A stretch of 63,992 nucleotides of DNA, the filler included, from Candidatus Woesearchaeota archaeon (GTDB taxonomy: Archaea; Nanobdellota; Nanobdellia; Woesearchaeales; B72-G16), in the NCBI GenBank assembly GCA_003650545.1. It is 4 parts of 4 records of this genome, joined end to end, with 100 filler letters (N's around TTAATTAATTAA, not from the genome) between each part and the next. Parts side by side here need not be neighbours in the genome. Positions count along the whole stretch, not along the records: positions 40,764 to 60,580 come from QMQO01000025.1; positions 60,681 to 63,992 come from QMQO01000105.1; 2 more parts are not named here. One strand, written 5' to 3'. Shown piece by piece: positions 59,207-63,992 of the stretch (its first letter is position 1; each line of letters starts with the position of its first letter). The translations under genes were made by a program, and so were the position numbers. The notes below the pieces were generated by a model. It searched no databases, was not told the DNA's origin, and worked only from the letters and a program-made list of their open reading frames with translations.

Positions 59207-59544
59207 TTCTTATCACCCGCCTTGGAAATTGGGTAACGTTGAATGAAGCGATCATTGTCACCGCTTAATCGATAACGATAACCGTCAATTTCGACGAAGT
59301 TATTGCCGCGGGCCTTCTTTTTCTGAAGAATGCGCTTTAATTCGGGGAAATCATTACTGAAGGCCCACTCGCCAGTTCCGGTTTTGAATTTATGCCACTT
59401 CTCTTCTTCCTCATTTTTCGCTAGCTTTTCATTGATTTCCTTAAGAACCTGATAGATTTGTTCTAGATTTTTGTTAATTTTGTCAATTCCTTCATTAATT
59501 AAGTTGAATGCTTCCTCAAGAAACGCAGCAAGATCTTTATTCAA
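59203..59544 (-). CDS. Hypothetical protein (coiled coil plus small beta domain)
   Basis: Overlaps neighbours in the operon. Confidence 0.7.
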   Translation of the reverse strand: MNKDLAAFLEEAFNLINEGIDKINKNLEQIYQVLKEINEKLAKNEEEEKWHKFKTGTGEWAFSNDFPELKRILQKKKARGNNFVEIDGYRYRLSGDNDRFIQRYPISKAGDKK

Positions 59545-59699
59545 GCCTTTTCACTCTCCTCTGCTTCGAAGAAGCGGCCGCATTTGCGGCAGAAAAAGAA
59601 TTTAGCGATGATTTCATTGTCGGTTGCAATAGTTAGTGAAGTAATGTTTTTGCTTTGACAATATGGGCATGAAATCTTGAGTGTTTGCTGGTTAAGCAT
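59541..59699 (-). CDS. 52-aa zinc-ribbon protein (below cutoff)
   Basis: MLNQQTLKISCPYCQSKN..FCRKCGRFF; stop overlaps the next start. Confidence 0.7.
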   Translation of the reverse strand: MLNQQTLKISCPYCQSKNITSLTIATDNEIIAKFFFCRKCGRFFEAEESEKA

Positions 59700-59715
59700 T
59701 CTTTTTCACGTCCTC

Positions 59716-59907
59716 TCAACTTTCAATTTTATAGTTAAGATAACGCTCAATAAGTTCGGAAACATCTTCAGGATTTATGTGAGAATCTAAGATGAATTGA
59801 AGCGCTTTGCAAATAGCTCCTTTCTTATCGCATGGTTCTTTTAATTCACATTCACCGCATAATAGATCAGTAAAGAATTCAGCAATCACATCTTCTTTTA
59901 TTGTCAT
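59716..59907 (-). CDS. Small Cys-containing protein
   Basis: CGEC..PC..IC. Confidence 0.6.
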   Translation of the reverse strand: MTIKEDVIAEFFTDLLCGECELKEPCDKKGAICKALQFILDSHINPEDVSELIERYLNYKIES

Positions 59908-60092
59908 GTTTCAACCCCCAGTGAAATTAGAAGTTTGTGAATTGCTACTCGAACTGCTTCGCCAATGTCCTTGAAGACGCCGCGCTCGACAAGCTGCATA
60001 AGTTTTTCATGAAGTTCTTCGGGTACGTCGATGATTACTGTGTCTTTAATTTCATGTGTCTCGAGGTTTGCCACGGTTTCACGCTCGTTCAT
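59904..60092 (-). CDS. Ribbon-helix-helix regulator
   Basis: IDVPEELHEKLMQLVERGVFKDIGEAVRVAI. Confidence 0.85.
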   Translation of the reverse strand: MNERETVANLETHEIKDTVIIDVPEELHEKLMQLVERGVFKDIGEAVRVAIHKLLISLGVET

Positions 60093-60227
60093 AAAGTTTG
60101 GAACAGGTTCTATATATTTTTTTCTCTTTTTGTTTTTTCCAAAACAAGATCTATCCCGTATTTTATAAATACATAAATTATTTAAAACCTACACCACATA
60201 TGTTGAACCGGTGGGAGGTGAAATAGA

Positions 60228-60446
60228 ATGGTTAGAAAAGGTTGGGTAGGAGTAGCAATTCCAAAGGAACTTGCAGATAGAATAGATAAACTTGTAGGGC
60301 ATTACGGCTATCGTTCAAGAAATGACGTTGTGGCTGATGCAATTAGACAATTGCTTCGCGCATACGGCCTATTACCAGAAATTAAAATCGAAAAACGCAA
60401 GGCAGGAATTGAAGAAGAGGAAAGTGATGAATCTGAAAATCGATAA
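60228..60446 (+). CDS. Ribbon-helix-helix (CopG/NikR-like) regulator
   Basis: VAIPKELADRIDKLV..YRSRNDVVADAIR; GGAGGTGA RBS. Confidence 0.88.
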   Translation: MVRKGWVGVAIPKELADRIDKLVGHYGYRSRNDVVADAIRQLLRAYGLLPEIKIEKRKAGIEEEESDESENR

Positions 60447-60580
60447 ACTAATATATTTTCCAGCTGAAAATTGCAATGAAGTCGGATTTCATGATTGTCT
60501 CATAATCGTTTTCATTAAGTTTCTCCGGCCCGAAGTTGCTAGCCGGACCGGGGTAGCTAATCATTATATTCACATTTTTA

Positions 60581-60680
60581 NNNNNNNNNNNNNNNNNNNN
60601 NNNNNNNNNNNNNNNNNNNNNNNNTTAATTAATTAANNNNNNNNNNNNNNNNNNNNNNNNNNNNNNNNNNNNNNNNNNNN
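60581..60680. other. Artificial contig linker
   Basis: N-run + TTAATTAATTAA + N-run. Confidence 0.99.
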
Positions 60681-60899
60681 CGCCTTTCTTTTCTCCATAC
60701 CAAATTCTGTTGCACGATGCGTTACAAACATATCTATCTCAACAAAGGTATTTGGATCCAAGAGAAGCTCTATTCGTTCACGGGCTGTAAGTTTTCCTCT
60801 TTTATGCTGCTTCTCTATTGCTTCTGGCCCACCACCTAGCCTGGCTTTCTCTCTCATTTCACGTAGCTTCTGTACTTCGGGTCTAACACTCAAGGCCAT
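60681..60899 (-). CDS. mmdA: Acyl-CoA carboxyltransferase (MmdA/PccB-like), N-terminus only
   Basis: [27 protein letters not shown]. Confidence 0.85.
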
Positions 60900-60985
60900 A
60901 CGTCACCCTTAAGTCTGAGATAGGAGTAGGGTTACGTGGTGGCTTAGGAAACGGTTTAATATAAACGATACGGTGGGAGTCTATT

Positions 60986-61309
60986 ATGGTATACACAAGT
61001 AGACTTGGATACTTGTTAGTATTATGGGCTTTACTACTAGTAGTAGTTTCTATTGTAAATATACCTGAAACTCTCAGAGTTATCCTATTAGTATTTCTAC
61101 TAGGTATTGGTTCATGGACTTTAGGGTTTATAGCTAACCTTAAGCGATTAATGCAACTATTATTTCTCATATACGTTATAATTATACCAGTAGTACTATA
61201 CATTTACATAAAGCCTACTAGTATGCATGATATAAACGTGATATTAGCATATGTACCAATACTACTATATGCTTTGTACTCTTGGCTTAAACGTCCTAAA
61301 ATGAGTTGA
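60986..61309 (+). CDS. Small four-TM membrane protein
   Basis: Hydrophobic ORF with an upstream TATA box. Confidence 0.6.
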   Translation: MVYTSRLGYLLVLWALLLVVVSIVNIPETLRVILLVFLLGIGSWTLGFIANLKRLMQLLFLIYVIIIPVVLYIYIKPTSMHDINVILAYVPILLYALYSWLKRPKMS

Positions 61310-61448
61310 CTCCATGTAGGTTCTGCTACCCTTAACTTAATATACCTCTCCCAGGTTCATTCACTTCTGTAGCCTAGCATAACAACTATCTTACCGGCCA
61401 TGTTTATAGATATCAAGAGGTGTACAAAGACTGCTGGAACCAATCAAC

Positions 61449-61901
61449 ATGCTATATGAAATTGCTAAAACCAATATCACACGTACACAAGAACTTGAAG
61501 CAGGTGTAGTACTTGCAATTCTAGGCTTTACTATGACATTCGCTATACTAGTAATACTAACCCTTTCAATAAAGATTATGTCCGTAGTAGTTACAAGGTA
61601 TGTACGTTCAAGAGAGAAAAGAAAACCAAAACCAGTTGAAGCTGAAAAACCAAAACCAGAGGTTGGAGTTAAACCAGTTGTATCTGAGGCAAAACCTGCA
61701 TTACCAGTACCTCCCGAGATCATAGCTGCCGCCATCACTGGTGTTAGAATGTACTTAGAGGAGAAGATGAGGCTTCGCAAACCTGTCACAAGAGCTCCTA
61801 GGATTAATTACTGGGTATTTGCTTGGAGAATAGATTCCTCGTTTAACCTAAATGATTTAGATTATACTCGTTGGGATAAATCCCGTAGGATTAGGTGGTA
61901 A
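61449..61901 (+). CDS. Decarboxylase gamma/delta subunit (OadG-like)
   Basis: TM helix, Pro-rich linker, EIIAAAI and W..AWR. Confidence 0.8.
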   Translation: MLYEIAKTNITRTQELEAGVVLAILGFTMTFAILVILTLSIKIMSVVVTRYVRSREKRKPKPVEAEKPKPEVGVKPVVSEAKPALPVPPEIIAAAITGVRMYLEEKMRLRKPVTRAPRINYWVFAWRIDSSFNLNDLDYTRWDKSRRIRW

Positions 61902-61904
61902 TAT

Positions 61905-62423
61905 ATGAGTAGAGAATACATAGTTAGAGTTGAAGGAAAGGAATATACGGTTAAGGTAACTGAGATAACATCTGGAAAATTTAAGGTAATAGTAGATGGC
62001 TACGAACTAGAAGTTGAAGCACCATTTGCTACGGGAGCGGTATCAACAGCTCTTCCAGCAGCTCCTAAACCAGTGCCACCAGCAGAACGAGTTGAGAAGC
62101 CAAAACCAGTTGAAGCTGAAAAATCAAAACCGGTTAGAGAGGAAGCTAAGCCTGCTCCTCCACCTATGCCAGAAGCTAAGCCCGAAGTACCTAAGGCTCC
62201 TCCAACTACCGGAACAGTAGTTGAGGCTTCTGTACCTGGTAAAGTACTCAAGGTCTTAGTGAAACCTGGACAACGGGTTTCAAAAACTACTGTTCTCTTA
62301 ACACTTGAATCCATGAAGATGGAGTTAGAAGTATATCCTCCTAAAGAAGGTGTTGTTAAAGAGATACGTGTTAAACCCGGAGACTTCGTTAATGCAGGTG
62401 ATGTACTAGCCGTACTGGAGTAA
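61905..62423 (+). CDS. mmdC: Biotin carboxyl carrier subunit
   Basis: LESMKME biotinylation motif after an Ala/Pro linker. Confidence 0.9.
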   Translation: MSREYIVRVEGKEYTVKVTEITSGKFKVIVDGYELEVEAPFATGAVSTALPAAPKPVPPAERVEKPKPVEAEKSKPVREEAKPAPPPMPEAKPEVPKAPPTTGTVVEASVPGKVLKVLVKPGQRVSKTTVLLTLESMKMELEVYPPKEGVVKEIRVKPGDFVNAGDVLAVLE

Positions 62424-62445
62424 TATAGGGTGAGGTGAAGATATT

Positions 62446-63693
62446 ATGGAGAACATGCTTGTAGAATCCATCATTAAGTTCTTCCTTCATACAGGGATAT
62501 TTAATTTCAATCCTTTCCAGCTATTATTCTTAGCTATAGGTCTATTGTTCATATACTTGGCTGTTGCCAAGAAAATTGAGCCCCTACTATTAACGGGCAT
62601 AGGTACTGGTATGGTATTAGCTAATATACCCTTAGCCCATCTAGCAGCTCCTCCTGAAACCTTAGCACCCGGTGCATCATTAACTATAACAGATCTCGTA
62701 CAAGGTGGCGCAGGACCATTATTCATACTATATTACATATTCGTACAGACAGAGCTAATACCACTATTCATATTCCTAGGATTAGGTGCTTTAACAGACT
62801 TTAGACCATTAATAGCACAACCATATACATTCATACTAGGTGCTGCCGCGCAACTAGGAGTATTCGTGGCAATGCTTGGTACATTGTTTATGGGATTTCA
62901 TTTAAATGAAGCTGCAAGCATAGGTATTATTGGTGGAGCTGATGGACCTACAACGATTTACACCACAATTAAGCTTGCACCATACCTATTAGGGCCCACA
63001 GCCTTAGCAGCATATACTTATATGTCACTTGTACCTATAATTCAACCACCAATTATAAGGCTCCTGCCAAGAAAGCATCGTGCAGTAAAAATGAAGCCGC
63101 CCAGACAAGTACATCAACTAGAAGCATTAATGTTTCCAATAATACTTATGGTTGTTGCAACCATATTCGTTCCTAAAGCAACACCACTAATAGGAATGCT
63201 TGCTTTAGGTAACTTGTTCCGTGAAAGCGGTATAACAGAGGTCGTAGAAAGGCTTAGTAAGACTGCTGCAAACGAGTTCATGAATATATTGACCATACTA
63301 TTGACTATAACTGTTGGTTCAACAATGAGTATGGATATGGTGCAATATTATTCCCGGCAAATGGGTATAACAGTTGAGGAATTCCTAACGAAGTTCGTGT
63401 TAATATTCGTTTGGGGTCTACTAGCTTTCGCTATATCTACTGCTGGAGGAGTACTATTCGGAGAAATATTGTACTTTGTAACCAAAGGTAAGGTAAACCC
63501 GATTATAGGTGCTGCAGGTGTATCAGCAGTACCAATGTCTGCTAGAGTATGTCAGAGAGAAGCACAAAGGATAGATCCTACAAACTTCATAATAATGAAT
63601 GCCATGGGGCCCAACGTTGCAGGAGTAATCGGTACTGCAACCGCAGCTGGAATATACATAGACTTTGTTCAAAGATTCTATGGTTGGACTTAA
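62446..63693 (+). CDS. mmdB: Na+-translocating decarboxylase beta subunit
   Basis: EPLLL, GALTDF, IGIIGGADGPT, GVSAVPMSARV and MGPNVAGVIG. Confidence 0.95.
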   Translation: MENMLVESIIKFFLHTGIFNFNPFQLLFLAIGLLFIYLAVAKKIEPLLLTGIGTGMVLANIPLAHLAAPPETLAPGASLTITDLVQGGAGPLFILYYIFVQTELIPLFIFLGLGALTDFRPLIAQPYTFILGAAAQLGVFVAMLGTLFMGFHLNEAASIGIIGGADGPTTIYTTIKLAPYLLGPTALAAYTYMSLVPIIQPPIIRLLPRKHRAVKMKPPRQVHQLEALMFPIILMVVATIFVPKATPLIGMLALGNLFRESGITEVVERLSKTAANEFMNILTILLTITVGSTMSMDMVQYYSRQMGITVEEFLTKFVLIFVWGLLAFAISTAGGVLFGEILYFVTKGKVNPIIGAAGVSAVPMSARVCQREAQRIDPTNFIIMNAMGPNVAGVIGTATAAGIYIDFVQRFYGWT

Positions 63694-63811
63694 AACTATA
63701 ACTTTTTGAACTCATCTACCTACATTCTTAATTGAATAACACAGTATCATAGTATATAGTGTTGTATTCTTATAACTACACCATAGCCTATAGTGTAGGG
63801 TGTCATACTAG

Positions 63812-63992
63812 TTGGTAAAAGTAGTATATGCTATCCGAGTACATCGTAGCGGCATAAATATGTTAAGGGAGAAAGGTTATAACGTAGTAGTGTTTGAGGG
63901 AAGGGAACCCCCAAGGGAATGGCTTATAAGAGAACTTGTGGATGCTGATGTACTTGTTATAGCACCTATTCATGTTATTAACGAAGACATAC
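63812..63992 (+). CDS. D-2-hydroxyacid dehydrogenase-like N-terminus, truncated
   Basis: TTG start, MVKVVYAIRVHRSGINMLREKGYNVVVFEGREPPREWLIRELVDADVLVI. Confidence 0.6.
   Translation, partial: MVKVVYAIRVHRSGINMLREKGYNVVVFEGREPPREWLIRELVDADVLVIAPIHVINEDI

Larger units (their letters stand above)
40764..60580. mobile_element. Head-tail archaeal virus or provirus (Caudoviricetes-like), partial
   Basis: terS-terL-portal-protease/MCP-adaptor-terminator-tube-chaperone gene order; GGTGA-type RBS, TATA promoters, RHH and zinc-finger proteins indicate an archaeal host. No integrase or att site is visible. Confidence 0.93.

Noticed and set aside
60322..60636. ORF running into the N linker
   Set aside because: It overlaps the RHH gene and is extended artificially by Ns. 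A truncated minus-strand gene ending at 60448 is more plausible but cannot be identified.
20507..60680. TTAATTAATTAA palindromes, and apparent bacterium-archaeon-virus gene transfer across the window
   Set aside because: They are identical 100-nt concatenation linkers. Adjacency across them, including IS110 next to the virus, has no biological meaning.

Overview
This is not one locus. It is four unrelated metagenomic contigs joined by three 100-nt N/TTAATTAATTAA/N linkers. (1) 1-20506: a bacterial surface-polysaccharide cluster, all on the minus strand (wzx, wzy, glycosyltransferases, fnlABC/wbuB, aminotransferase, wzi), ending in an IS4 remnant. (2) 20607-40663: an AT-rich archaeal chromosome piece, probably DPANN/Woesearchaeota-like (aMBF1, GT-C/GT2 glycosylation genes, secDF, pyrG, slyD, thpR, rps2, radB), ending in the start of an IS110 transposase. 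(3) 40764-60580: about 20 kb of a head-tail archaeal virus or provirus (terminase, portal, protease-capsid fusion, tail genes, putative lysis module, Cas4-like nuclease, P-loop replication ATPase, RHH regulators). (4) 60681-63992: an archaeal Na+-pumping biotin-dependent decarboxylase locus. The standout observation is in the virus. It carries two intergenic box C/D guide sRNAs (51009-51080 minus, textbook; 49437-49485 plus, variant boxes). Each has one guide antisense to a tRNA D-loop-like sequence and one antisense to an anticodon-loop-like sequence, and the second lies beside a TGT/DpdA-like gene inserted at the terminase start. The virus also shows an unannotated -1 frameshift tail chaperone, two mirror-image iteron clusters, a repeated 34-bp regulatory motif and strong GGCCGG enrichment. 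All family calls come from motif recognition by eye; no database search was run.
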